Assembly (NCBI GenBank): GCA_037447605.1
Contig: CM074804.1
Location: forward strand, 4,441,909-4,505,908
Direction: 5' to 3'
DNA length: 64,000 nucleotides
DNA from: Zygnema circumcarinatum SAG 698-1b
Taxonomy: Eukaryota; Plantae; Zygnematophyceae
Under the pieces are notes generated by a model. The model was not told where the DNA came from. It saw only the letters and a program-made list of their open reading frames with translations, and ran no database searches. Positions within the stretch are counted from its first letter, which is position 1, and every line of letters starts with the position of its first letter. This document shows positions 25,551 through 38,779 of the stretch, piece by piece. A program made the translations under genes and the position numbers.

Positions 25551-28212
25551 ATGGTGAGATCTCACTCTTCGCCTTCACATTTTTCCCTCCCTCCCTTCCC
25601 CTTTCCGTGTGTTTCCTTCGCTCAGTCTCTTTTTTCTCTAGCTCTCCCTCTTTCGCCTTACTCTCATACGTTCTCCCTCTGCCGGGGGCGGGGCGTCATG
25701 GCAGGCTCGGGGTTTGAAGAAGCATTTGAAGCGACTCAATGCGCCACGTCACTGGATGCTTGACAAGCTCGGGGGAGCCTTTGTATGTCCTCCTTTCCCG
25801 CTTTTCTCTCTTTCTCTCATGGGATGGGGGGGTGGGGCTGCGCTGCTTAAGAAACAGGTTTAGGGTTTGTAGGACGGGTAGGGCAGTGGCGGGGTTTAAG
25901 GATTTTGGGATTTCGGAGGCAATTGCTGCCTCAGTCGCCAGTATTGGGTGCCAATTGAGGAGGAACCCGTCGGCGCTTTGTTTTCTCGTTACTCTGTTGA
26001 TTTGGAATAATTTAGGGTTCAAAGGTGTGAAATGGGTCAGACTTCCGTATTAGTCTGTTGAAGGAAACTGTTGGAGAAGTGTGTGTTTTTCAATTTTGGA
26101 GAGAGGCGAGAAAAGGACGAATTAAGAAAGAAATTCATTTCAGCAGGGATATATCAGCCCTACTGCTTCAACCCAGTACACCGTAGTCTATATCGAATTA
26201 TTCTAATAGCGATGTGATTCCCGTTCTCTTTGTCCTTACAGGGGAGATGAATCGTTTTCGGGATAGTTTTAGATAAGTAGTGGGTTTCGGCCAGGTCATG
26301 CCAGCTGGCACTTTCACCGATGGTGTCAAACCTATTTATTGTGATAGTGCGTGTTCACACAGCGAGCAATGATGTATGAAGAGTAAATCAGTAAGGTATT
26401 GTGATGATGGTTCACGGTGATTGCGGGTCATATTGTGAGTGATGGTGCGGGTGATGTTGGGGATGTTCTCAGGCCCCGAAGCCCTCCCCTGGGCCCCACA
26501 AGGAGCGCGAGTGCCTCCCCTTGGCGGTGATGTTGCGGAACCGCCTGAAGTATGCGCTGACATACCGCGAAGTGATGGCCATCGTGATGCAGCGCCTCAT
26601 AGCTGTGGACGGCAAAGTGCGCACAGACAAGTGCTATCCCGCCGGCTTCATGGGTACGGAGGGACCCAGCTGCCTCTTCGTTCCCCCTTTTTTTGCCTTC
26701 CACTACTGCTTTTCCCTGCCCCTCATACTTCGTTCATCTTCACCTCTCCTTTTTTATCTGTTGTCTCTTTCCCCCTCCTTCTGAAGCGCTTCCACTTCTA
26801 CTTCGCCTGTTTTCCCTTCTTTTGCTTTCACAGTTGCTCAGAAAATGTCGAAGTGATTGATCGTGAGTTCTTGGAAGTGGTAGTTTTGCTAAACATTTGA
26901 GCATTTGATACTTCACTGTGGACGTTTCTCCGTTTGTTCAATTGCTGATTAGAAATGTTTTGTTTTTCGTATTGCAGATGTTGTCAGCATCGCAAAGACA
27001 GATGAGAATTTCAGACTGCTGTACGATGTGAAGGGCCGGTTTGTTCTTCACCGAATCACTCCAGAGGAAGCTAGGGTGAGTGGCCTCCTCCTGAAGCTTG
27101 AGCACGATATTGCGCTGCAGAGGTTGTTTTCTTGCAGTGTTTAGTGTTCTTGTCGATAAATTCCAGGAATAGAAGCTGCCAGCGTTTCCATTTCTTGCAG
27201 TGTATTTAGTCAGTCTGTATGGTGCTTCAAGTATGGCATGGCCCTCGCAACGTTTTGGGTTACGTGTAGCGATTGGGATGGTAACGTTCAAGCAGTTTGC
27301 TTGTGGGAAACAATTGCAGCTCTTTAACTCTGCCTTATTCTGTCTTCTTATTTTATTGACTAGCCCGGGATTGGTCCCATTTATCATCCGAATGTAAATC
27401 TAATTTAACTTTTCCATTGTCGTTCAAATAGTCCGATAAGTTTCAATGATAGTGTGATTAGGAACATGACGTTGAACAGGTTTTTCTATTGTTTGTTTTC
27501 ATTTGCAGTACAAGTTGTGCCGCGTTCGAACTCAGAAGATTGGAGACAAGGGCGTCCCATACATCACCACTGGCGATGGGCGCACAATTCGGTACCCGGA
27601 CCCTGCGATCAAGGTGAACGACACAGTGAAGGTCGATCTGGAAACCGGAAAGGTGTCGGAATTCATCAAGTTCGACATTGGCAACATGTGCATGGTTACT
27701 GGTGAGCAGATAGCATTGTCTGCTTGTCTCTGCCCCTCATTCTCTTGGTCCTTTCCCTCTCCTTTCTTTTTCACTTGTCACTCTGCCACTCCCTTGTCCA
27801 ACATGATTCTTTACTCCCTCGCCCCCGACCTCTCTCTCCTGCATTTCCCGCCTCCCTTAACGGATCAAAAGCAGCAAGTCAGGAGGAGAGCACCTGCATT
27901 CCAGTAAAACAAGTGTTGTGGAGCGATTTTCAGTTCAGTGACACGTGGCTTTTTGAGTGACGAATTGCAGGAGGACGCAATAGGGGGAGAGTGGGGATTG
28001 TGATGCACCGTGAGAAGCATAAGGGAAGCTTTGACATTTGCCACATCAAGGATGCGATGGGCCACCAGTTCGCCACCAGGCTGAGCAATGTGTTTGAGAT
28101 AGGGCAGGGGAACAAGCCGTGGGTGTCTCTGCCTAAGGGCAAGGGCATCAAGCTCAGCATTGTGGAGGAGATGCGCAAGAACAAGGCAGGCCCGGCTAAA
28201 GCTGCTGCTTAA
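25551..28212 (+). CDS. RPS4: 40S ribosomal protein S4 (eS4), 6 exons: 25551-25553, 25705-25782, 26473-~26653, ~26978-27075, ~27509-27701, 27971-28212
   Basis: M|[26 protein letters not shown]|[72 protein letters not shown]. Confidence 0.98.
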
Positions 28213-29362
28213 ATGGTAGGTCTGGAGGAGGATAGGGAGGAGGGCTTAACAAAGCAAGAGGCCTGGCTGTAGGGGAAAGGCGGGCCATTACTGGTGCGTT
28301 CCTGGAAGGTTCCTTCGGAGTGAGGGAGAGACTGGGAGTAGAGGCTGAAGTTGGCAGATCTTGCCCCAGAGTGTCTCGTGTAACGCCTGTGCAAGCCATG
28401 GAATACGAACCAGCGTTTCACGGCAAGGTGGAACTGTGCCTGTATGTGTTGAATTAGTTGAATCACATGTTTTATGCTGAACGATGGCTGTTCCTTTCAC
28501 GGTTCGATAGGGTCTGGTTTTTATTCATCTCGTTGCTTGTTTGTGGTCTACAGTCAGATTTGCCTGGATTGGTGACATCGGGAAGTAAACTTTATTGGTT
28601 AATTCAGGTCAACAGAGAACCAGCCTTAGTTATATAGCTGCGCGAGTCAATAACTTCGACACTTTACAGCCTGCTTGAAAGACCCGGTATGAAGGTATCA
28701 TATGCAGGCCTGGCATAAAAGTACATGAAAGGTCTCATATGTTCGCGAACAATCTGGCGGACCCATGACCCACGTGACATGTCACTCTACCCTTCGGCCG
28801 GTTTCCATGCGTAGAACATGAAACGGAACTAGCGGGCCTCAGATGCGAACGGCCCGATCTCGTAAACCGTCCGTCCCTTGACGCGGCAGCGGCCACACGT
28901 GTAGGCAGGAGGCGGTCCTCCGCGCGGCGAACAGGGGAAAAAAAAAACAAAAAAAAATCTATCGAAGGCCCCAGATCCGGTCCACTGCGGCCGGTGGATC
29001 TCGCGCCATCGGACGGCGGGGGCGCGGCCACGCCGCCCAAAGGATCAAATTCCCTCACGGGGTGGCAGCAGGCGCCCGCGCCCCGCGCCTTTTTCTCGCC
29101 GGAAAAACATTTGGCTGCCCGACTCAGAAAAGCGTTTTTCCGCTACCCGGAAGGAGCAGCCGCCCTCTCCAGTTCCTTTTTACTCCTGCCCGAAAATAAA
29201 GCGCAGGGAAAAAAGGGCGCCCAAAAAAGGTCCGGTCGCCAGGAGGGAGGCGCTTTCCCCCGGGAGGAGTGCCACGTGGAGGCAGGGATATGGCTGCTTG
29301 AGCTGGAAAGCACGGCGCTGAGGACACGTGGCACGCCTCCGCGGCAGCTCCTATGACTTCCA

Positions 29363-32300
29363 ATGGACGCTGCGGGGGAGAAGGGAGTCGAGGACTCCTC
29401 TCATCTTGAAGCTGCGGGGCCGCTTTCCCTGGAGGAGCCGGAGGTCAGTTGCAAACCCTAAAACGTATGCATCAGATCTGAAATGCGGAGGCAGGGGAAG
29501 GGGAGAGGGGGAGGAGAAATGGGGTACGGGAGGAGGTTCTGGATTCAGGTTTTGTAGGGTTTGGAGGAGCTGTGATTGAGGGATCTGGATGCGGTGTTGA
29601 TTGTTTCAGGGTTAACGCCAGCATTTGATGGAGTCGTGCTACATTTCTGACGGGAAATGCAGGAGAGTTTGGGTTAGAACAGATGTTAGGATAGGGTTAG
29701 GGTTAAAGAGCAAAAAATCAGGATTCGAGTTAGTTGAAAGGGTAGGGTGCCCTGTTGAGAGTCGATGGGGAAGGCTGGGAGAGGATTAGGTTTAAGTGGC
29801 AGGGGACAGTGGTGTTGCGAGACGTGATGCTGATTGAGTATGTTGTGGGCGTGATGTAGCTGCAAGACTATGCAACAACTGTCGATCCGAGTCACATTGT
29901 GAGGTTGATTCGAAAGCTGCTGCCGGATCATAAGGTTGTTAAGAAAGCGCACTTGCAGAAGGGGGAGGGAGAGGAAGAGGGAGAAGGAGCGGGGGAAGGA
30001 GAAGGTGGAGGAGAAAAGCAGAGCTGTGTGTGGTCAGGAGGAGCTTCGAAGGGGCCACTTCTTGATCGGTTATGCGGACCAGCAAGGAGAGGAGATGGAG
30101 ATGGAGAGGGCTGGGAAGAGAGGGAGGGAGGGGCAGGGGGAGAGGGAGTGGACAAGGTGGAGGGAACAAGAGAGGGCAAGAGACCGGTTCTCGATGATAC
30201 CGGGTGCAAGGAAGAACACAGGGAAGAAGGGAGAGGAAGTGCTGAGGACAGAGGAGAGAGGGATGATATATGGGAGAGGGGCCAGAACAGCGAGGATAAC
30301 TTGCAGGAGGCTCGCGGCTTGGAGAGTCGAAAAAGTAGGAAGCGAGGGTGGGATGATGGAATGGCGGAATTGGGAGAGAAGAATGTCACGAAACATGAAG
30401 GAAAGAATAGAGAATCGCATGGAGATTCCATGAAAGATGACGAGGGCATGGAAAAGCAGGAGATGGAGGTTAAAGAGGAAGCTGGAGAGGGGGGTGGAGT
30501 GGGGAGGGGAAATGGGAGCGACAACGAATATGGGGGAGGGAAGGAGGTGGAAGAAGATCCGAGAGAAGAAGCGGGCTGTCTTCTTTGGGATCTCGCTGCT
30601 AGCGAATCTCATGCAGACTTCCTTGTAAGTTCTAGGAATAGGTTCAATCTGGCCATTTCAGCGATAATTTTATTGTAAATCCTTTTAGTGGAGTCAGTAT
30701 TCTGCTGCTTATTTGGATTGCTACGCTTTCCTTAGCCAGGCAGACTGTTGTTTCTTGGACTGACGTTATCTTTAGAGCATAGTAGGGACATTTTTATTGA
30801 TTGATCATTTCCTACAGTAGTGTGAGGATAGGAGAGAATGAAAGGGAGTGGACGGACGTGATTGAGAGTGAGAAGGTACTGAAGATGCAGAATGGTGTTT
30901 GACGGGCAGGTGAAAAGCCACATATTGGAGGTCCTCGTGGCTATTTTGCAGATACCGTACACGAATCGCATCCGGGTGAGAGCGCCAACCACTCACCTTA
31001 ATGAATTTCTCAAGATAAGGGCAGATGAGTGTGAATCTGCACGGTAGCATGTTAAGGACTTGAACAGAGAAGATGGTGTTCAATGTGTTACTTAATCACA
31101 TGAGGAACGCCGTAGCAGCCACATGCGTTAAAGTTCGGTGCAGTATATTTGATGTGCAAAATTTACTGTTTCTTGCAAGATTCAGGAGATATCGCTGGGG
31201 ATTCTGGGAAACTTGGCTTGCCATCCGGGCCCTGAGCGAGCCATGGTCCAAACAAAAGGATTGGTCCAGCTGGTGGTTCAGCAACTCTTTGGAGACGATC
31301 CGCCGAGCCTGATGGAGACCTGCAGGTATGAAGAAGCTCTGGAAATTTTTGCAAAATTTCTTTCATCTCCCGTGCTTTACCTGCTACTGTTCGAAGCTCG
31401 TACGTGAGGTGGTGTCAGGTTCATATTGGTTATTTATGTCTGTCCTATACTTCACCTCCCTTTGGTTTTTGCTGAAGACTGGATTGCGACGTTGATGTTC
31501 AACGGCCGCTCTTAGCCGTAGCAGGCTGGTATGGGCACTGCTGCAGGCTATTAAGCGCTGGCTTGCACAGTGAGGAAGCTGCGACCTGGATTGCAGCTAT
31601 TGATTCGGAGGAAGTATTAGGACGCATTATGTGGATGGCAGCAAATACAGTGCACGCTCAACTGTTGGAGAAGGTCATTCTTGATCTCTTCTTCGCATGC
31701 ATGCACATGTTATTACTTTTGCTTAGTGAAACTTAGCAATTTATCGCCCAAAATCACGTGGAACGGTTTCACAGCAAATCGGCAGAATCGTTCAGAAGTT
31801 GATATTATTGGCAGTTGTTTGGCAGTTTTCCCCCATTGACTTATCTGATTGAAAATGTGGATTGGACTCTTGTTTACTTTCTTATCTTGTCGTTTGGTTG
31901 CAGAGTACGGAGCTGCTTCTGGCGATGGTGGATGGTAGAACGGAAGTCTCCTCTCCCCTCCTTCCTGGTCTGCTGCGTCTCGGCCTCCCCGAGCTTCTGA
32001 CGGATATGATGGCCAGCGAACTTACTGCTGTCACGGAGGGGACTTCGGGACATGGGTGCGTTCACTTGTCTTTCTCAAAGAGCTGTATCTTCACCACTTA
32101 CTATTTTCATCTCCTCCTCCTTTCGTCGTTTTCTTCTTCTATGTTTTCTTTTATGTTTTCTTTTATGTTTACTTTGTCTAGAGTCGCGTGATGTTCAGAG
32201 AGGAGGAACGGGAAAGGGGAGAGGATTGGAAAGGGAAAGACGAAAGATAAGGGAGAGACAACGAGGTGAGGAAACGAGATATGAGAGAATGCAGAGAGTA

Positions 32301-34278
32301 CAGAAGGAGGGTGGGAGGAGAAAGGAGAGAGGAGAGTGGATGTGACATAGACTCCCAGACTGCAAACCAAGGGACTAAGAGGAGAGCAGCACGAGGTCGC
32401 TGCAGGGACCTTGTGTTGGACATTGTGCTTCAGATTACAGAAGCACTCTCATTATCTGACGACTGCGCAGAGCAGCTCGCTGCTGATAGGAAGCTGTTCT
32501 CGTTGGCCTGTCAAGTGGTGCGCCTTTCCGGCAGTGATGAGGTACTTCCAAAAACTCGAACACGTCCCAGGGGGTCCCGCTTCATTGATCCGCTCAAGTA
32601 GAGCTGGGTCACGAGGGTAGGGTAGGGTGCACGCTCAACTGGCCTTCATGGTCCTTATGGTGATTACCTTCATCAATTCTGACCAAGAACATGCTCTCAC
32701 ATCTGACATAGAAGAGAACACTTCACGTTCTGAGACGACGGTTAGTTCATAGCTGGATGTGACCGAATATCTTTTTCGTTTTTTTGTTGCCATTTTCTGA
32801 AATTCGCTGTTGGGCTGACAGCGTTGTTCCTTTCTTCCATGCTCTATGAGCTGTAGTTGGTACTGCATTGGGGTACTCAGCGTCTTCTAGACATTGAATT
32901 TCAATTCATAATTTTTTTATGGGTCTTTATATGCAGATTGGGCCCTCGGGCATAACAGCCACAGTCCTTCTCGCTAACCTTCTGGCGGAAGATGTTGGAC
33001 TCATTCATGAACTTGCCCATGGTGAGAGAAACTTTCAATATTACATAAAATTGGAATGTATGCGTAGATGAGCTAGACTCACTGAAGCTGTAATGCTGAA
33101 TTGTTCGGTGGGGCAAGAACCGAAGTTGCAAAGCTCACTACCTTTGTGTGATCTGAAACTGGAAATTTTCATGGTGGGGGAAGCACAAAGAATTGTTTTT
33201 CATAGAGCAAAGTTGGGGTCTGCTGCCAATCATGTACTTATCAATACATTATAAATGTATTGGTGACCCCCGTCGTTAGGACGTAGCATCTCTGTGTGTG
33301 TTGTTTGTTCATCCAAACTGGTACACGATCCTTGTATCATAGTGCGGGAGAGGGATCCTGTGTGACTTCCGACAATCAAAGGATATTGCAGGAACACTAT
33401 AGGGGATCTGATCAATGCGCAAAATGAGTGCACTAACTTGCAGTCTATAGTGCTTCAGCAGTCATGTATTTGAATAACAATACACGACCCTTTTGCTCTT
33501 TGCCAGATATAGTGCTGGCAGGCAGCCTTCTCTCTCTCATACCCGGAGCTGGAGACGACCCCGGGGCTCGAAATGCTCTTTGGAGCATCCTGGGACGCAT
33601 GTGCCGCCGTTTGGTGTCTCCGTTGAACGGAGAGGAGCCGTATGGCCTGGCCGGTATGGCCGCTGTGTTTGCAGAGGGATGCCATCTGGTGGTGGAGGAC
33701 CTCACGGAGCATCGCGAGGAGGATCTGGAGGAGGACGAGGACAGGGCGCAGGCGGGCCATGACGTTTCGACTAGCACAAGTCGAGGCCTCGAGGCCAAGC
33801 TTATCACTGTATCCACCATCATCATCATCATCATTTTATCATCCTTAATCATCCTCATCGCATATTCATCATCATCATCATAATCACCACCGTCTTCGTC
33901 GTCATTATCATCGTCTATCATCATCTCGGCATGCAGCCTGTCCCTTTGTACCCCACCTGAGATACCAAAAAATGTCATGCACTTATTCTAAACCTCTTTT
34001 TGCTTGTTTCCCACGACAAGTATGAAAACCCTACAAAACACTAAGTTTTTGAACCCTACAAAAATGAATTCCTTAACCCCCAGCAGGCGAGCAACATGGC
34101 ACTCGTAATGGAGCAGTGGCTGAAGACGCGCGGTCAGTCTAATGGCCACACGGGACAACTCTTAACGGCCGTACAGGTCGCATGTAGCAAGTTACGGGGT
34201 TACGTAGCAGGGAGTCAGACCCAAGTAGGGGCTCTGCGGAAACGGCAGTTGGAGGGGCATAGGAATGGGCTAGTGTGA
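29363..34278 (+). CDS. SAAL1-like ARM-repeat protein (plant type), multi-exon
   Basis: TTVDPSHIVRLIRKLLP, EEAGCLLWDLAASESHADFL, EISLGILGNLACH and QQLFGDDPPSLMETCR match the plant saal1/ARM family pattern. Confidence 0.8.
33817..33925. repeat. Imperfect (CAT)n microsatellite, intronic
   Basis: Directly visible. Confidence 0.8.
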
Positions 34279-35302
34279 GAGAAAAATGAGAATGTGTTTT
34301 AGACGGGGAGAAAGCTCCACTTCACGTGTACGTGAAGTCTTCCGTTGAGATAAGAGGTAGTGGAGGCGAGTAGAGGTTCAGAGGGGTATAAAAGCGATAA
34401 GTAATGCATTTGTTGGAGTCGCCATATTGAGCTGTATTCTGCGTCAGAGTGAGCTGCAGAGGAGACCTTTTCTCCTATCATAGCTGCATCCCCTATTTTT
34501 TTTGGTCTCTTACGTGTTCTTTTGAGGTGTGGTTCTTTCAAAAGGTTTGTATTTGATTTTTCTTTCAGCCCTATGGTTTGCACGTTAGTAATGTAGTCCC
34601 TCGCAGACGGTTTCTGCTCCATTTTTCAGTGCAAGTTGCATAGCGTCAATTTAGACAAATGTACAAAAGATTGGGTACTTGCGCCGTTCTTTCCTTCTTA
34701 TTACGGCTGCCCAAGCGAGGATGAACTTTTCTACGAATGGGCTCCTTTTGGGCCTGTGCAAGTTTTAGTTCTGAGTCTGTATTGAAAAAGAATTTAGGTG
34801 ACTTAGAAAATTTTCAACCATCTACATGTAACCTGCTTACGATTGAAACCGGCTGCGGGTGTGCCAAGTCAATTCTAGAAGTTGCTTTTCTGCTTTAACA
34901 TGTGTTCCTAAAGAAATAGAAATGCTAGGAATGGGTGGGTTCTTTGCGCTGAAGTTTGGATTGTTAGTTTCAGTTTCAGTTTCTGTTTAGTGTTTCATTT
35001 CACAAGCTGGTCATATTCTGGGCTTTTACTGAGGGGATTGGAAGCTGAGTGTCGACCATAAACCCCCTAAAATCCCTTAAGACCTGGAAATCTCCAACAT
35101 TTGAAATCTGTTATTCGCGACAAAAAAAACCTGAACTCGAAGTCAATACCCTGGAATACTTAAAAATCATACAAGCTGTAAAAACTCTGAAAACAGAAGA
35201 TGGAAGTGGCATTGATCTCACGATGGCGAGGCCATCAAATGTACATGGACAAAATCAGCATGGGGAACAACGAGGAACTGGGAGCAAAGGACAAAAGAAA
35301 AA

Positions 35303-36288
35303 GGAGAACTATATACCGGCCCCTTTTTTGGTTATCCCGCCATTGTTTTTTTGAAATCCGACCCTCCCATTTCGGCTATTCTGCCCCCTGTTTTGAAATA
35401 TCCCGCCCCCCCCCCATTTTGGATATTCCCCCCCGTTTTCTCCTTCTCACACATCAGCGCAACGTTCGAGAGAGAGAGCAAAGGAGAGAAATAGAGTGAG
35501 CAGAGGAGTGAGAACAAAGGAGAGAGAGACTAGAGTAGAGAGCACAGGAGAGAGCAAAGGGGAGAGAGAATGAGCAGAGGAGTGAGAGCAAAGGAGAGAG
35601 AGACTAGAGTAGAGAGCACAAGAGAAAGCAAAGGAGAGAGAGTAGAGGAGAGAAAGACTAGAGGAGAGAGAGCAGAGGAGAGAGAGAGAGAGAGAAAGAG
35701 AGAAAGAGAGAAAGAGAGAGAGAGAGAGAGCAGAGTGAGAGCAGAGGAGAGAGACTACAGGAGAGAGCAAAGGAGAGAGAAGAGAGAGAGAGAGCAAAGG
35801 AGCGAGAGCCGAGGAGAGAGAGTATAGAGGAGAGAGAAAGAGCAGAGGAGTGAGAGTAAAGGAGAGAGAGACTAGAGGAGAGAGCACAGGAGAGAGAGAG
35901 AATGAGCAGAGGAGAGAGAGAGAGAAAGAGAGAGAGAGAGAAGAGAGAGCAAGCAAGCAAGCCAACCATTACATCATGACAGAGCTTCACACCCACCAAA
36001 AGAAAAAGGATAAAAAGAGAATAAAAAGTTCCTAAATATAGAAAAACTCGCAAACCGAGAGGAAGAAGGGAAGGGAGGGGTGGGCAGGGGAGGGGAGGGG
36101 AGGGGTGGGCAGGGGAGGGGAGGGTAGAGGACGGGAGGGCCGGGTAAGAAATATTCAAAACAGGGGGGCGATCTCCTCCCGAAGTATCCAAAATGGGGGA
36201 GGGGGGCAGAATAGCCGAAATGGGAGGGTCGGATTTCAAAAAACCAGTGGCGGGATAACCAAAAAAGGGGGGCGGTATATAGTTCTCC
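35303..36288. mobile_element. Non-autonomous long-TIR DNA transposon (MULE-like MITE), copy 1
   Basis: Imperfect TIRs of about 120 bp (GGAGAACTATATACCG...CGGTATATAGTTCTCC), an 8-bp target-site duplication AAGAAAAA on both sides, a GA-rich tandem interior and no transposase. Confidence 0.85.
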
Positions 36289-37220
36289 AAGAAAAAAGCT
36301 AGGAGCGAAAAGTTACGCCTATGCTCAACAACGCTTCAAGCCCTCCCTCAAGCAGCCGCGAAGGGCACATCGCGCGGAGGGAGGGAGGGAAGGAGGGAGC
36401 GGCGGAAGGCCACCGACNNNNNNNNNNTGGAGTCGCCATATTGAGCTGTATTCTGCGTCAGAGTGAGCTGCAGAGGAGACCTTTTCTCCTATCATAGCTG
36501 CATCCCCTATTTTTTTTGGTCTCTTACGTGTTCTTTTGAGGTGTGGTTCTTTCAAAAGGTTTGTATTTGATTTTTCTTTCAGCCCTATGGTTTGCACGTT
36601 AGTAATGTAGTCCCTCGCAGACGGTTTCTGCTCCATTTTTCAGTGCAAGTTGCATAGCGTCAATTTAGACAAATGTACAAAAGATTGGGTACTTGCGCCG
36701 TTCTTTCCTTCTTATTACGGCTGCCCAAGCGAGGATGAACTTTTCTACGAATGGGCTCCTTTTGGGCCTGTGCAAGTTTTAGTTCTGAGTCTGTATTGAA
36801 AAAGAATTTAGGTGACTTAGAAAATTTTCAACCATCTACATGTAACCTGCTTACGATTGAAACCGGCTGCGGGTGTGCCAAGTCAATTCTAGAAGTTGCT
36901 TTTCTGCTTTAACATGTGTTCCTAAAGAAATAGAAATGCTAGGAATGGGTGGGTTCTTTGCGCTGAAGTTTGGATTGTTAGTTTCAGTTTCAGTTTCTGT
37001 TTAGTGTTTCATTTCACAAGCTGGTCATATTCTGGGCTTTTACTGAGGGGATTGGAAGCTGAGTGTCGACCATAAACCCCCTAAAATCCCTTAAGACCTG
37101 GAAATCTCCAACATTTGAAATCTGTTATTCGCGACAAAAAAAACCTGAACTCGAAGTCAATACCCTGGAATACTTAAAAATCATACAAGCTGTAAAAACT
37201 CTGAAAACAGAAGATGGAAG

Positions 37221-37694
37221 TGGCATTGATCTCACGATGGCGAGGCCATCAAATGTACATGGACAAAATCAGCATGGGGAACAACGAGGAACTGGGAGCA
37301 AAGGACAAAAGAAAAAGGAGAACTATATACCGGCCCCTTTTTTGGTTATCCCGCCATTGTTTTTTTGAAATCCGACCCTCCCATTTCGGCTATTCTGCCC
37401 CCTGTTTTGAAATATCCCGCCCCCCCCCCATTTTGGATATTTCCCCCCCGTTTTCTCCTTCTCACACATCAGCGCAACGTTCGAGAGAGAGAGCAAAGGA
37501 GAGAAATAGAGTGAGCAGAGGAGTGAGAACAAAGGAGAGAGAGACTAGAGTAGAGAGCACAGGAGAGAGCAAAGGGGAGAGAGAATGAGCAGAGGAGTGA
37601 GAGCAAAGGAGAGAGAGACTAGAGTAGAGAGCACAAGAGAGAGCAAAGGAGAGAGAGTAGAGGAGAGAAAGACTAGAGGAGAGAGAGCAGAGGG

Positions 37695-37733
<39 letters not shown>

Positions 37734-38680
37734 CAGAGTGAGAGCAGAGGAGAGAGACTACAGGAGAGAGCAAAGGAGAGAGAGAAGAGAGAGAGAGCAA
37801 AGGAGCGAGAGCCGAGGAGAGAGAGTATAGAGGAGAGAGAAAGAGCAGAGGAGTGAGAGTAGAGGAGAGAGAGACTAGAGGAGAGAGCAAAGGAGAGAGA
37901 GAGAATGAGCAGAGGAGAGAGAGAGAGAAAGAGAGAGAGAGAGAAGAGAGAGCAAGCAAGCAAGCCAACCATTACATCATGACAGAGCTTCACACCCACC
38001 AAAAGAAAAAGGATAAAAAGAGAATAAAAAGTTCCTAAATATAGAAAAACTCGCAAACCGAGAGGAAGAAGGGAAGGGAGGGGTGGGCAGGGGAGGGGAG
38101 GGGAGGGGTGGGCAGGGGAGGGGAGGGTAGAGGACGGGAGGGCCGGGTAAGAAATATTCAAAACAGGGGGGCGATCTCCTCCCGAAGTATCCAAAATGGG
38201 GGAGGGGGGCAGAATAGCCGAAATGGGAGGGTCGGATTTCAAAAAACCAGTGGCGGGATAACCAAAAAAGGGGGGCGGTATATAGTTCTCCAAGAAAAAA
38301 GCTAGGAGCGAAAAGTTACGCCTATGCTCAACAACGCTTCAAGCCCTCCCTCAAGCAGCCGCGAAGGGCACATCGCGCGGAGGGAGGGAGGGAAGGAGGG
38401 AGCGGCGGAAGGCCACCGACACGGCCACCATCAACGGCGGCTTCACGCCGAAGGAGCGGAGAAGCGAGGCAACGCTGAAGGGCGATGAAAATGCGCTGTC
38501 GATAAAAAGTAGCGAGGATCGCCGGAGGAGGGGAGGAGGGCTTCCGGGGCCGTGTGCGCATCTGGGAGGACCGATGGGCGCACTGACGAAGGAAAGCACC
38601 CAAACGGGTGTCGAGGCAACCAAAAATATCAACAGCCATAGGAACAAACTCGTCGGCCGCGTCGCGGTGGGCATATGCGC
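37221..38680 (-). mobile_element. 5'-truncated non-LTR retrotransposon remnant (CRE-like, restriction-like endonuclease C-terminus), interrupted by the MITE; partial copy at 35207-36417
   Basis: The minus strand reads EFVPMAVDIFGCLDTRLGAFLRQCAHR..FYRQRIFIALQRCLA, like the FVPxAxxxFG..RQRxSxALQR end of REL-type LINE ORFs. A homologous uninterrupted copy lies at 50097-50400. Confidence 0.6.
37317..38291. mobile_element. Non-autonomous long-TIR DNA transposon (MULE-like MITE), copy 2 (within the duplicated block)
   Basis: Same TIRs and target-site duplication as 35303-36288. Confidence 0.85.
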
Positions 38681-38779
38681 GCTGAAAAATCTGCAGATTC
38701 TGACTCTGAAGACTCTACAGGTGCGGTGGACTATCCAGGACGACCTCTAAAGGTTGCAGGAGAACAGGGAAGCTCGAGC

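Larger units (their letters stand above)
34414..38420. repeat. Near-identical ~2-kb direct duplication (34414-36417 and 36428-38420) separated by a 10-N gap
   Basis: The sequence after the gap restarts at tggagtcgcc (= 34414). The copies differ only by a few SNPs and microsatellite-length changes. Confidence 0.95.

Noticed and set aside
35490-35950. Periodic repeats that could be mistaken for a CRISPR array
   Set aside because: Eukaryotic context, no unique spacers and no cas genes; this is a GA minisatellite.
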